Of a stretch of DNA of 64,000 nt, positions 14,905 to 29,748 are shown piece by piece. Numbering within the stretch: the first letter of the stretch is position 1; every line of letters begins with the position of its first letter. The translations under genes and the position numbers were made by a program. A model generated the notes under the pieces. It worked only from the letters and a program-made list of their open reading frames with translations, did no database searches and was not told the DNA's origin. This stretch comes from the human T2T-CHM13v2.0 reference genome, Homo sapiens, in NCBI RefSeq assembly GCF_009914755.1, contig NC_060929.1; one strand, written 5' to 3'.

Positions 14905-15545
14905 CTGGATAGAGCTAGACAGACCTCAGTTAAAAGCCCATCCCATCTCTTCTACTTAACTATGTAGCAAGTCCTAAAACTTCTTTTAGTCTCAGTTTCC
15001 CCTTATTATAAAGATAATAACATGCACCTTGTTGTAAGAATAAAAAACAATCATCTATGTAAATCACCCAACGTGGTTTGATATATGCAAAAACTCGAAG
15101 TGGGTATTTGTAATTATTATAGTCTGCTTGTGAGGATTTCATACCAGTCATACGGACAGAGCCAAGCCCGTGAGAGGCTCTCATTTGATCCATGGATCAC
15201 TGGAAGAACTCTCTACATAAAACTCTATATATTCTGTTTTATTCCAGACAGAATAAAACACACTCTCAAAATGGGAGTAAAAAAAAATCTATTTTGAGGT
15301 GGTAGCAGTGGTCTATTGTTAAAAACTCGTATTAAGGGTAGAAGGGTACATGGTTGATCACAGACTCTCAATTACCCACTAGCTGTGTGATCCTGACTAA
15401 ACTGTTTAACCTTTTTAACCTTCTAAGGTTTCCTCAAATTTAAATAAGTACTTGGCCTACCTTTCAGGTTTTGTCCAAAATGTTAAAAGAGAAAATGCAT
15501 TATAAAGTAGTTAACAAAGTATCTGGCATAAGTAAATGCTATTAG
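14905..15545. mobile_element. MIR fragments
   Basis: ctcagtttcccc...ataaagataataa and ctagctgtgtgatcctgactaaactgtttaacc. Confidence 0.5.
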
Positions 15546-17300
15546 TGGTACATTACTTTTATGATTATTACTAGTAGCACATATATCAAAGTATAAACAT
15601 CATCCCTTATATCAAGAGGTCTAGCCCACAAAAATCTGGAGAAGACTTTTGTGGCCAACCAGTGGGTTTTTCCAAACCACACTTTAAGAACCACTGGGTA
15701 GACCACCATGATGTAGAGGCTGTGTCGCACAGGGTTTTCCCACAGAGCTGTTTCCCCTCACACCTGCCTCCTCTCCTACTTTAAACTATCATTTCAGCCT
15801 GAAGAAGTGATGATGGCAGGTGGTGTCAGATACTGTCATGCCACAGAATACTGAATTCACATTGTCAATTCTAACAGCAGTCATGAGGATTCAATCAAAC
15901 TATCTATGTTGCCACATCTTCAACCTGATCAGAGTTCTTCAAGGTTCCTGTTTGTTCATAATTAACTTTAAACATCATTCTTTTCAAAGAATTTTTTTGA
16001 TAAAATTATTCAAAGAAGTCTGGAAATAACTTTGTAAATAGTTGCCCCTCATCAAGTGAAAAAAAAAAACAGAGGGTAATGTAGTTTATAAGATGTGTAC
16101 ATAAGAAATGCCTTAGTACAACTACCTGGGGTAAGAGACAGCCCCATCTCCCCTACAATACACACACATCAACCTAAGATTAAAGTTAACACCATGTCTC
16201 AGCCACTAGCACTGTAGGGGCAACTTATTCTAAGTTTGGAACTGCCAATGGTCAATTAATTCTTAAACTTTATGATTTATCTAGTGAAAGTTTTTATTTA
16301 ACCTCCTTAAAGGGTTACTTTATAGATCATTTCAGAGAGCAGAATATTCAAGACAGTTTGGGCTTTAAATAATGATATTCCAGTCACATTCAGATTTACC
16401 ATTAATGGAATGATTCCATTATTCACATCTGCCTGGAAGGGTGGTGGGGTCTGAAAAAGCACATGTTTCTCCGTTAATGAATTTTGGCACAATAACTTTT
16501 ATGTCTATCACCTGGGGGAGAGGATTACTTCACATTTGGGAAACTGAGTATAACTTTATGGGTGATATTGCATTGCCTAGCAAAGGCTAAAGTTTTCTGC
16601 CAAGGAGGAAACAGTGAAGTAACCAAGACCTGCCAAGAACACATGTGAAAGAGTTAATGAGAAATGCCTGTGCATGTCTTTCCTGGTTCAAGGAAAAAGG
16701 CTAAAATAGTAAAACTGAACTAATTAGAACACATGAACGATATCAAACATCTCCAATGTTTCTCATCAAGTTTACAGAGTTTTACTGGTCTGGTGAAGTT
16801 ACGCTCAAATCCAAAATGGTCCAGGAGCATAATTTGCCCTATAAAATCCACTTAACTATTGCTTAGAATGATATCTGAGTCATGTTTATGAAAAACTATG
16901 AGTAATGTACAGAGAAAACTTGAAATGTGCCTTCTCTAATTCTCTAGAGATGGCTCAAAAATGTAAAACAATGCTTACTTAAAAAAACGGGGCCTTGGAT
17001 TTTGGAAAATTTATCAGCTTAGAATAAAAAGATGATTTTAGATTAAGGTTTGAATTAACCGGCAGCCTTGCAGAAGCATTTCATGTTTTAGAAAAGTTAG
17101 ATATTCTTTGCAAAAGACATTATTTTCTCTGCAGAATAGCTGCAGATTATATACAACATGACACATTTACTCCAAAAGCTCAACTTTTTAAAAAAAATTA
17201 TTAGTTCTACGATTTTAGACCAAAAGAACACTCTAAGGCAACATAAAAAGTTGAGAACAAGAAACAAAGAGCCCATAAAACAGATAAATCATAAAGTTAC

Positions 17301-17391
17301 CTCTATATCCTGGATAATCTTTGGGTATAATGACCTATAAAATGAATTTGGAGGGCCATCTGTGGGTCTGTTTTTAAACAGGTACTGATCC
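17301..17391 (-). CDS. FBXW11: FBXW11 exon (91 nt), linker (W)[30 protein letters not shown]
   Basis: Hand translation: ttgccag|G GAT CAG TAC CTG...ATA GAG|gtaact. The first base completes the split TG|G Trp codon from the previous exon. Confidence 0.96.
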
Positions 17392-18211
17392 CTGGCAAAT
17401 AAAAACAAACAGATGTTACATTTTTGCACATAAAAGGGTGAATTTTATCTAAACATGGTGCTGACAAAGATATATCTTTCATGTCTTTTAATTTGCATTG
17501 AGTTTTAACAGTTCAAAAGCAGGATTTCTGACAAATTTACATGTTACAGACAAGTTTAGCTCAATTCACAGCTCTCTAACAAAATCCTGATCGTGTTTTC
17601 TGAGTACTAATATGTAACAATCTAGCCTTTCATTCCATAGAGTTTAATAAAAAGCGCTAATGTAGCTTTGTGAAAAATCTAACTTAGTACACATCAAACT
17701 TCCTCCCGTAAGGAAAATACAGCCCTATATGCACCTCTGTCTGTAGCTCTCTCTCTTTGCTAACTGGGCCATACAGCATACAGCTAGCTATAAAGCTGCA
17801 TCAGAGTTATGAGTTTTCTCTGAAAAATCCTATCACTGTTATTACTTCCTCAACCAGCAGTAATAACAAACAGCAAAATGGCACTATCTGACTTTCTCAT
17901 ATTTTTGTCATATCTATATTTTGGTAATGGTATCATCAACTAAGCAAAATGTGAAGGAAAAAACATAAATACATAGCTTTGAAACGCCAAATCCCATTCA
18001 AACTATATAATACAGTTCATAAAGGAAATACACATTTCAGAGGGAGAAATTTTAACAGCTTTAACTTTTTCTTCCAACTTTTGACCACTCATTTTCCCCC
18101 CTTTTTAAAAATAGGCCAGCACATTTGCAAGTATAATTGCATTTTTGAGTAATCAAGCTGACTCTATGTCAATAAAATTTTTTCAAGGGAACAAGCAACC
18201 CAAGTACTTAC

Positions 18212-18398
18212 CACCCTCTTCTTTCTGAAAGTCCTTTCCATAGGGGATCAGTGCGTACCATTCGTTCAATCAGCTTCTTCCAAAGCATTCCTTCTGAGAT
18301 CACTCGCTGCCATTCTTTACATACCAGCTCTGCTGCACACAGAGACCTGGCATCCAGGTACGAAAGAATGTTTTCTGCTATGTGATCTAAGCCTTGCT
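18212..18398 (-). CDS. FBXW11: FBXW11 exon (187 nt), F-box domain, [63 protein letters not shown]
   Basis: C-terminal part of ORF 18208..18660. Acceptor ttttgtag|AG, donor GGGTG|gtaagt. Residues [11 protein letters not shown] and DPLWKGLS distinguish FBXW11 from BTRC. Confidence 0.98.
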
Positions 18399-21370
18399 CT
18401 ACAAAACAGAAAAGGGAATGAAGGAACGGGAAGAGAGATAGAAAGGTACCAGCCATCATTTCCTTAAAGATAAGAGGAATAAAGAAATCCTGAACCAAGT
18501 AAAATATTTTAGTCATATCAAAAGTTCTACAGATACTCAAATCCATGAGTACATAAACATATACACTTCTTTTTGGTTCTGATTTTTTACGATAAAACAA
18601 TTGATAGCAACTCTTCTCTGTGTGTAAAAGCTGACCTTGGACAGTTCTGTTATTTGTCAAATATTAAGATAAGACTTTTCATTTTCTTTTATATAACTCT
18701 CACAGCACTCCTATAGGGCAATGACGCCCCAAGTTTGACAGATGAAGCACAGAAAGGTAAAGAACTCAAGATTTTACACTCCCTTGGCTTTACTACTGGA
18801 ACTCGGATTTCTTGCTTCAAAGTTTGTGTTCATTCCCATCTTACTCACTGTCTCTCATAACAAATCATATCCCCATTAATCCATACCCGGTGTGAATCCC
18901 TGGGAGATCAGAAGACAAAAAAGGCAAAACACCGACTCATCTTGAAAAACTTATGAAAAGTTAAATGGCAATCCAAGAATTAAAGTCGATTGTGCTTAAA
19001 TGTATTTTTGTCAATCTTTTCATCTCCCTTTCGTGAGTATCCATTTTCTGTTCCTAAACAGATGGGACAATCCTCAAAAGCCATAGCCCCATGTCTACAA
19101 ATCCTAGAATCTTAGAGGTCATTGGCTTCAACCTCCCACGATACAAGGATACTCTCAAAGAAAACCACTTTCAGCCTCTGCCTGACATTCACAATGGGAA
19201 GATGATCAACATGGCCACCACTGTTGCCACCTGTAAACTCCCATCCTGTGGCGGTAAGTATGTCTTCTACAGTTGCAAGAAATAAAGCTTCTCCCCAAGC
19301 TTATTCTGTGTAGGGACGAGAACACAGAACTTATCATCAGAAAATTCCCATTTCAAGTCCCAGGTTCACCACTTACTAGTTCTATGACATGAAACAAACA
19401 CTGAAACATCCCTGTGCCTTGAATTTTTGTGCCCTAACATACAAAATGGTAATCACCAGTAACAACTATCCTTTCTTACACTGTCTGTCAGAATCAAATT
19501 CAACAGTTTTATGAAAACATTTTATAGACAAGCACTCTACAAGGTTAATATCTGTTCTCTTTTCTCAAAATAATTAGAAGTAGTATAATAGCACTAAACT
19601 TGGTTGTTGAAAGGCCAGATGTAGGTAAATTATTAAACTTTCAGAGTCAGTTTCCTCATCTGTATAAGATTACGATAATCTCTACTTGATTCTGAAAATA
19701 TCAAAATGAGATGATGCATGAAAAATGCTTTACAAACTAAAGTTCCTTCAATTCTAAGAATGACTATTATTATACCATTGGTTATAATTTCCAGGTCCTT
19801 CATATACTAAAATTCTCTTACTCTGGACTAGATCAAAGACCCAAGCTATGGTCTAAGAATAAAGACTACACTGGGACCACTGTCCTTTCCTGCATGTCAT
19901 TTACAGTTAATGTGGTCAAAGGCTGCACTGCCTTCATCTGATAGTCATATCACAGAAGACGCCTAAGATGGCAGTAAGTTAGAATAAAATCCCAGGCCTC
20001 TCCCCCAAAAACATCTATTGAAACAATTTCCCCGAATGCTCTATTTGCACAGCTAGTTGGAAAGGTGGGGGGCAGCTTTGTGCGGTTTATATTTATCCTT
20101 ACTATAATTCACCTTCAAAGCTTTGTCTGACCCATCCATTTCAGTCTCTAGAATTCTGATTTTTGTCACACCCAGAAGAGTGGGTATTCCACACCAGACC
20201 TGCATGATGGGCTAAAGTACTAAGGCAAACATGTTAAACCATGTTGGCAAACACGTTAAACGGGTCAGAACCAAGGACAGCACCCATGACACTAGCTATT
20301 AGTACCTATTATTATAATATTTCCCTCCAAGCTAGCACTGATGCCGCATCAATATGCCCAGGGCACCCACACTGCGACATCCGGTCTGTAGTCATCTATA
20401 TGTGCCATTGCCCAGTCCATATCTCTCTATTCTGTCCTCGGAGGTATTTGGAAAAATCAGCAGATGATGATATTACCATCTATTTACATCATTCTTCAGA
20501 CCTACCTACTAGCCTGGTAACTTTATCCAAAAAGGAAATAAGGTGAGGAGGGTATGGCTGCTTTCATGTTCCCGTGCTGGGGTTTACTACATAAAGTTGT
20601 ATTGCAATTTTTCACTTACATGTTGACACTAGCTGCTTGGTAACCCTTTTAAACATATCTAGTTCATGTTCATTATAGAAAATTTATAAAGTGTAGATGA
20701 GCAAAAATTTTTAAATCCCTAAACTCCATTTCCCAGAGAAGGGAACCACTTTTCACATTCTGTATACATCCTTCTAGGTTTACACAACCATACACAATCT
20801 TTTCAGAGGCTGATTAGCCTTTGAAACTCATCTAAGAATTCTGCTAAAGCACAACATCAAATTTAATAGCTAAATCCCCCAAAAACACCTTCTCCAGTTC
20901 TTAAAACCAGGAAGTCTGCTCATCAATCATCTCTGGTGCTATCATGCAAGACTACCATGTGCAACTGTACAAGCTGTACAGGGCACAATTGTACCCAATA
21001 GTTCTGCATACTGATTTTCAATTGCTTCACAATGTTCTACAATTTGAAAAATCACAACCACAGGTTTTGCCACTATCCAGGCATACAATGTATTTAGGCC
21101 TACTTGTCTATAGGAGCTATGTGATTGCTAAATATCTTCACATCTTTCTCAAACACAACTTTGCTAACCTTTGTTTTAAAGCCATTATTCTTGGGTTGGG
21201 GGGATGGTGGGATTAGGTTAATGGGAGTGAAAATATGTTGTTTCTTTCTATTATCACTATACTATCTATTCTAAGCACACTATCCCTTCATCCTTTATAA
21301 TCTGGCTCCAAATAGTTAATTATTTTGTTTTCAACTCTTTCAATTTACTTCAACATTTTGGACAATTTAA

Positions 21371-21694
<324 letters not shown>

Positions 21695-21965
21695 TGCCTT
21701 TCTTCCATCTTCTATGTTTACTTAAAATCAGGGAAATCCAAGGATAATCACATGGGGTTCTGCTTGTGCCTCTCCATCACTAGGATTGACAAATTATTCA
21801 TCAGAATTTCAAACTGCAGAATCCGTCAGCCTTCTTTTATCACATTTTTGTTCAGTCTCTAGCCGTGGACTAACAGACTTAGCTCTTTCAATCTTTCTAA
21901 CGCTGGGGTACTTATCTATCTTCCTTTTCTGATTTCTACACTTAATATTAGAACATAGCTAATTA

Positions 21966-22165
21966 CAGCATCTCACTCTGTTGCCCAGGCTGGAGTACAG
22001 TGACATGATCATGGCTCACTACAGCCTTGACCTTCCAGAATCAAGTGATCCTCCTGCCTCAGCCTCCCTAGTAGCTGAGACTACAAGTATGCACTACCAT
22101 GCCAGGCTAATTTTTTTTAAAAAAAATTTTAGTAGAGACAGGATCTCACTATGTTGCCCAGGCTG
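21966..22165 (-). mobile_element. AluJ internal fragment with no tail
   Basis: Right arm plus part of the left arm, flanked by agaacatagc direct repeats. Confidence 0.85.
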
Positions 22166-22260
22166 AGAACATAGCCACTTTTAAAGTAATGTAAACTTCA
22201 CATCATTAACCCAAATCCTCCTAACTGGTTATAAACACATCTCAAACTAATTCCTCTCTA

Positions 22261-22615
<355 letters not shown>

Positions 22616-22810
22616 AGAATGCATTAGATACTCGCCTTTTCAAACCTCAAAGGCTGCAACATCCCCATCATCTGTGACGGGAAAGCAGCACCCAAACCTT
22701 CAACCTATCTGGGTGGTCTATAAGCCTGTGTGGTTGTATCTGACTCAACTCAGGGTTACTGATTTTCAAAACAACAGCAAAAAGAAAAGATCCCCCCAAT
22801 CTTCTCCTGA

Positions 22811-23164
<354 letters not shown>

Positions 23165-24904
23165 CAGGAATCTGTATTTTTAAGAAGTGCCACTAGATAA
23201 TGCTGAAGTATTAGGAACTATTGGTTTATAGCAATGATATCCCTTTTAGTCCTCTTTGATTCCCCCATCAATTGCTCACAACTAGGCTATCATGAGTTTT
23301 TACAGAAATAAATCCCTTACTAATACTTATTTCTTCCTCTTTCAAATGCCATCAGTCCAATTAAGCAACATCTCAGTGATATCTATGAGATTTGACCTAT
23401 TTCCTTTGTCTGATACTTTAAATGCATTTCCTCCTTCTATGAGGCAGCATGTTTTAGTCTTGTGAAAAACACACTGCCTGAAAGTCAGAAAAACTAGGTT
23501 GCATCTCAGTTCTGTCAACTGCTAGTTGTGTGACCTTAAGCAGATCAGTTTTCCTTTTAGGATCTCAGTCTTCCATAATATCAGAATGATATTAAATGTC
23601 TGAAATAAATTACATCATATAATCTTCACAATAACCTTCTGAGATAGGTACTCTACATACCCTCATTTTACATAGAGGGAACCTCCCAGTCTTGCTGCGA
23701 AAGTTTAAAAAACAGCATACGTAAAGAGCTAGGTAAATAAGAAGTTCACTCAAGAAATATCAGTCTTTGTTCTACTCTCCCCCAAATCCTCTCAGCAGAT
23801 ATCAATGGACAAGGCCGATACACAATATTCTTCTTGTTACCTTCTGCAGAAAAAATACTACGCATCTCCTCCAGCAAAAAGCTAACCCCCCCCCCCCTAT
23901 TTTCTTGGTATAAGTCTCATGGCCCCTTAAATGTTTTGAGAAGAACAGGAATCACACAATCTCTATTCAGGTACCTTAGAGTGGCCACCCTCAGGAGCCA
24001 TGCAGAGCATGTAACTTTCTGGTTTCAAGCCTATTCAGGACAAAGAGGTTACTGAATAAGGTGGTCCATTTGCCTGGGCTAAAAAGTGCTTTGAGGTGTT
24101 AAAACTAAGCATTTTCTGAAGTACCTATGTCTGGCTCTCATTACTCTATCATGCTGAGACTCCCCCATCTCTCACCACCACCCCCTCTTCCTAAGGCAAC
24201 AAGAGGACACATTACAGCCTCAGAAAATTGAGGCCATAATACTTCGCACACAGTGCTGAAGACATGCTGCTGTTGTTAATTACAGGAACCAGATGAAAGT
24301 CTGGAAAAACTTCAATAATAAATTAAAACAATTAAAAGGCACAAATTTCAAAGCTCAATATGTAAATAACACTGTATCAAAACTCAAATGTCAATTAAAT
24401 GCCCTTGACTACAACCAGTTTTAACACAGCTGCTTAGATCATACAATTACAGAAACTTATATTATTTTAGAAATGCATTTCAAAGAGCAGCTGCAAAGAA
24501 ACTTCCTTTCCCACCCACCCGTGTTATCCCTTCCCCCTCCCTAGTCACAAATCTAGTTGTAAAATCTGAAGTTCTAAACGTTTTAAAAGAAAACAATGCA
24601 ATTGCTAACAGCAACAGTCCCTCAACGGATGCCTTTCACTTGGAAAACACCAACCTAAGGTTTCAGACAGAAATGAAGTGAAAAGAAGCTCAGGTCACAA
24701 AGTCTAACATCTTTTTTCCATAAAACACCCAGGAAACAAAACAACAAAGTGACAGACACCTATATGATGTCAGAATGAATCAATTCGGGAATCAGTGGGT
24801 GAATAATTAAAATTTCCTACCAATAAATCTTACTACCTCTGGAGAAGCAGGTGTTTCCTGCCTCTCTGGGCTTTTTCTTAAGCTGCCATCCTCAGAGTAC
24901 CCAA

Positions 24905-25090
24905 TAGATGCCAGGCATATTATAACATATTATCATTAATCCTCACACAATACCCATAAAGTATTACTATTATTCCCACACAGAGGAGGAAACTGAGGCT
25001 CCAGAAAGTGGGACCACACAGCTGTAAAGTGTAAGGGCTAGGATTCAAACCAAGGGCCTGTGTGACTCCAGCACCCATGCTTTTTCCTGT
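24905..25090. mobile_element. MIR
   Basis: cagaggaggaaactgaggctccagaaag...ggattcaaaccaagg. Confidence 0.7.
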
Positions 25091-26203
25091 CACGCTGCTC
25101 TGGCCGTGTACCCATCCTAAAGCCTTATCTACGCTCTGTTTCTTCCACATCTCCTGGGACTTTTAATCTAATCTCTGTCACATTTATGGTCCATAATGGC
25201 TTATCATCCTTTCTTGGGGATAAGACAATTGAATAAACCAGGGCCAGACAGCCAAGTGTTTCAAAACTCTTAATTGCTTAGACACCTCAACAAACCGATC
25301 ACCAATGCTTATCATCCTTTTTGAAGTACAATCTGTCCCTACTTTACATGGTATGAATTTTCCCATTAACAACAGTTCTTACAAACCGCAAACTCAGCCT
25401 GCAGAAATTGACATTGCAGACTAAACATTTACTATGATTTTTAGAAAGGCATATCATAATTATCACTTTTTCCACTGAGCCAAAAGGAGCCAGAGACCAC
25501 AAACATTTTCCATTTTCCCTATACTGACAGGTATGATATTCACAGCAAGCATTTAAAAGCTATAATTATAATTTTTACAGAATTAATGGTTTTCACAATC
25601 AAATGAAGTCGTAAGTTGACTGTCAATTTCAATAGTGTAAAAACCTCAAACTCAAGATGATGTACAGTAAAAATGAAACACCAAACTAGTATAATGATTC
25701 ATAAGTTGCTCCACACATTATTAAATCTAAGTATGAACATGGACACAGACCTGTTTCTCCTGTGATGCTCTTAAAGCAGAGTCTGTGTTAAGGAACTAAT
25801 GCCATGTTTAATCTAGGTCTACTAGATACTAACTAACACAATCAACTTGGCCAGCTCGTCCTCAGCTATTAGATTCATATGTATGATATACACTGACATA
25901 TGTATATATGTTCAGATCAAGTCCTGTTAAAACAAATAGCATTTTAACTAAAGTATTTCCATGTCCCAGCCAATGGTCCATTCATTTCATGTAATATTCA
26001 ATACCACAAAATTCCACTTTAACAGAGATATGGACAATGCCTTAACATTCGCTGTAATGAAAACTGAATTGTATGCAATTATACTAACCATATTTATATA
26101 CATAACACATGTTCATCTGTTCTGCTTCTTCTCCAAGGCTGTATACTCCCTAAGAGATGGGGTTGCCTCTGAACTATACTCTGAAAAATCAAGAGAACTT
26201 CAA

Positions 26204-26230
26204 CAGTGCCACCTTGTGGCTACTCTGCAA
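26204..26230 (-). promoter_or_regulatory. Candidate CTCF binding site (core plus upstream module)
   Basis: Minus strand TTGCAGagtagCCACAAGGTGGCACtg, compared with core CCASYAGRKGGCRS and an upstream TGCAG. Confidence 0.6.
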
Positions 26231-27086
26231 ATACAAGGTGAGTTCCCTGGCCCTCTAAAACGTTTGAGAAGCAAATTACAGGGAAGAAAATAAAACCAAA
26301 ACGGTGGAAAACAAACAATAAATTGAATTGCTTGAGAAAAATGAAGGCATCCTCTCATCAGTTAAAATCACTTATGAGGGACAAATACAATCACCAACTT
26401 AAAAAAAGACTCTGTCTTTTCTTGGTGTGAGATGCAGTCTGATTCCATAGGTTTCTGGGTTTGAGTTCTGTACATACAGAGAAGCTGCATCATATGTACA
26501 TGCCTCATCTTACTTCCATTCACCTGTAATTCTCTCTCACGCAATCAAAAGCATGTCTCCATCTCCCCCTCCCTGGATCCCTCCTTCATAATTAAAAGTG
26601 AGAATTATTGAACTGAGTTGTAATCCTTACATTCAGTACTTGGGGCCAATTTAAGGAATTTTCCTTAGCCGTTGTACTAATTTTTGAACCAACCCCTACC
26701 ATCATTCACATCACCACCACTATAATCAAGATGTGTGATTCTGGGCATCTCACCCAATTAACTTCTCCTTGGCTTCCTAATCTACACAATGAAAAACAGG
26801 ACTACGTGATGGCTAAGATCCCCTTCAGCAATTAAATAGTATGATTCTAGAAAGAGAGGATTTACGTTTTGCTTTCCTAGAGATTCTAATGGAAGAAATG
26901 AGCAAGTCATGCTAGATTTCAGCATAAAAAGAACGGCAGTGTCAAATTTTTCTAAGCTAACTCTCAAATATCCTTAAAACTCCCATTGTAGAAGGTAAAC
27001 TTACACGTTTTGGAAGAGAGATTAGAAATCAGAAGCTGGTTTGTCAATTTGCAGCCTCAGGTTTCAGGCCTGAGGCCTGAGCCTGG

Positions 27087-27149
27087 GTCTTGTTTGCTGT
27101 GGAAGTACTTAGAACATGAGTCTTGTTTGCTGTGGAAGTACTTAGAACA
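27087..27149. repeat. 33-bp-period tandem duplication
   Basis: gtcttgtttgctgtggaagtacttagaaca at 27087 and 27120. Confidence 0.9.
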
Positions 27150-27459
27150 CGGAGTCCTGATGTTCTATAAATCACAGATAGGCTAAGGGAGGAGCTACTC
27201 TTTAAGAAGCTATCCTGTAGCTCTGACAAGGGCTAGGGTTGTGGTAATGGTACTGGCTCATCCCTGGCTACTTCTAGGCTTATTTTGACATGGCAATTTT
27301 AACCACACACTACACTGGCCACATCAGAGGAAAACATTCTGGCCAGCATTCTCTATAGGAGTGAAATCTCTATATCTTACCTAGCCAAATTTAAATGGAG
27401 AATTTTTTAAAAAACAATATAGAAACAGAAAAAAATTCATGATTAATCATATTCAAAGG

Positions 27460-27592
27460 GGAGTTCAGCACAGTGGTGCATGCCTGTAGTACCAGCTACT
27501 CAGGAGGCTGAGGTAGGAGTATCACTTGAGCCCAGGAGCTCAAGGCCAGCCTGGCCCACACAGCAAGATGCCACCTCGTTGAGAAAAACAAA
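27460..27592 (+). mobile_element. Alu monomer (FLAM-like)
   Basis: A single arm followed by an A-rich tail. Confidence 0.75.
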
Positions 27593-27654
27593 AAGGTGGT
27601 ACAGAACACAGCAAATTTTAAATTATTTTTTAAAAATCAAAGGGAAATAAATAG

Positions 27655-27960
27655 GTGGAGCACAGTGAAACCATTCTGTAGGAGACTCTTAAGGCAGATA
27701 TATGTCATTAGACATTTGACCAAACCCACAAAATGAATAACAGCAAGAGTAAACCCTAATGTAACCTATGAATTTGGGGTAATAATGATGTGTCAGCTTA
27801 GGTTCATGAATTGTAACAAATGTACTGCTCTGCTGTGCAATGCTGATAGTGGGGCAGGCTGAGGGAACGGGTTATGTGAATATGGGAATTCTCTGCATTT
27901 TCCCTTCAATTTTGATCTGAACCTCAAACTGCTCTAAAAATATAAAGTCTACTTTTAAAA
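27655..27960 (+). mobile_element. L1M 3' end fragment
   Basis: gtaaaccctaatgtaacctatg...ctaaaaatataaagtcta. Confidence 0.7.
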
Positions 27961-28353
27961 ATCAAAGTAAATTTAACCAGATGTGTGTGTGTGTGTGTGT
28001 GTGCACGTGCGCGCATGCATGTACACACCTATGTGTGTATGAGACATATATGGGAAGACAGTAGTGAGGGAGAGGATGCAGAAACAGCTTTTGAGAAATA
28101 TAATAAAGACATGCTACCAGTTTTCCCAATGTATTTTTGCCATTCCTTAAGTGCCACTTCAGATACAAATGAATGCCCTAAACTTTTGGGACACTTCCCA
28201 AACATACAAACTATGTTTGAAGGGAAAAGAGTACCAGTTTTTTTAAAATTACATACAAAGGCAAAGTGCAGACTCTAAACTACATCAAAATAAAAAGCAT
28301 ATCATTAACTCATTCAACAGACCAAATGAAGCAACAGTTATGACCAATAATGA

Positions 28354-28660
<307 letters not shown>

Positions 28661-28865
28661 AGGAATGAACATTATTAAAGATACTGCCTATATTTCCTAG
28701 ATAGATACTAAATTATAATTCCTCGAGTTCCATATATTAAAGTATGCGTCCCAAAGAAATGCTGCCTCACACAGTACTCATTCAATCATTTCATAAATAT
28801 CCACCTAGGTCCTTGGGCCGGGCATTCTTCAACTGCTCAGCTTTTGAAAAGACAAGTACAGTTAC

Positions 28866-29091
28866 CTGGTAAAGCGGTAATAAAGTCCCGCTGCAACATG
28901 GGCTTCAGGTAAGAGTTAATATGTCCATGCTGATAATGACACATTCGTGAAATAAGATGTTCCACAAATTCCACTTGATCTGATTCAGACCACTGGTCAA
29001 AATATTTAATACACAAGTCTTTTTCTTTTTGATAGTTTCCTTCTGATGGCCTCTTTCTGGAGACGATCACAGATGATGTTCCATTACTTAT
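28866..29091 (-). CDS. FBXW11: FBXW11 exon (226 nt), D dimerisation domain, [27 protein letters not shown]...[10 protein letters not shown]
   Basis: Overlaps ORF 28837..29070. Acceptor ctaaaatag|ATA (AG at 29092-29093), donor CCAG|gtaact. Confidence 0.97.
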
Positions 29092-29544
29092 CTATTTTAG
29101 AAAAACAAAAAAAAAATTAGTTTAACAAGGAAAGAAACCTAATTAATATTTCATTAGAAATATTTTTCACCCTGTGTATTTAATCTTAAAATGCCACTTT
29201 TACCCTAAAGCCAAACTCATTCCTTTACTAATTCATTCAGGAATTAAAAATGTATTCAGGGTCTGTGTCCTCAAATTAGTCACTACAGGAAATGCCAAAA
29301 TTATAGCTATTTCTAAAAGGCACCTTAAATTATCATTTTCCAATGCTTACTACAAAATGATGCTCCAAAGGTATATACTGGGTATCTCTATACACGGGAT
29401 ATATATGAATTATCATCTCCAAAGATAGCTAATGCTGGAGATAACCATCTTAGAGAAACTGCTCAACTTGGCAAAGTGGCAACTGATTATTAACAGTTTG
29501 TTTTACTTCCTCAAAGTTCAAAGTTAATGCTACATACATTTATG

Positions 29545-29748
29545 CTAATGGTTCTCAAACTTGAGCTAGCATCAGAATAACAGGAGGGATTGTTAAACAC
29601 ACAGATTGCTGGGTCCCACCCTAGAGGTTTCGGTTTTATTAGTCTGGAGTGGAGCCCATGAATTTCTATTTCTAACAAGTTTCCCAGCAATGCTGATGCC
29701 ACCCGTCCAGAGACTACACTTTAGGGACCACATGTTGAGAACCACAGG
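29545..29748. mobile_element. MER5A-like hAT-Charlie element
   Basis: Termini tggttctcaaa...ttgagaacca; internal gcatcagaat and atttctaacaag. Confidence 0.8.

Noticed and set aside
18212-18398. Calling the gene BTRC (beta-TrCP1)
   Set aside because: Residues [29 protein letters not shown] and NRPTDGPPN fit FBXW11. BTRC, as recalled, has ARGLDH, WYRVTSDG and DSLWRGLAERRGWGQ.
18399-18660. N-terminal ~87 aa of ORF 18208..18660 as coding sequence
   Set aside because: It lies upstream of a clear splice acceptor at 18399-18400 and is intronic read-through with no homology.
28837-28865. C-terminal GNCTCLFKS of ORF 28837..29070
   Set aside because: It lies past the GT donor and is intronic.
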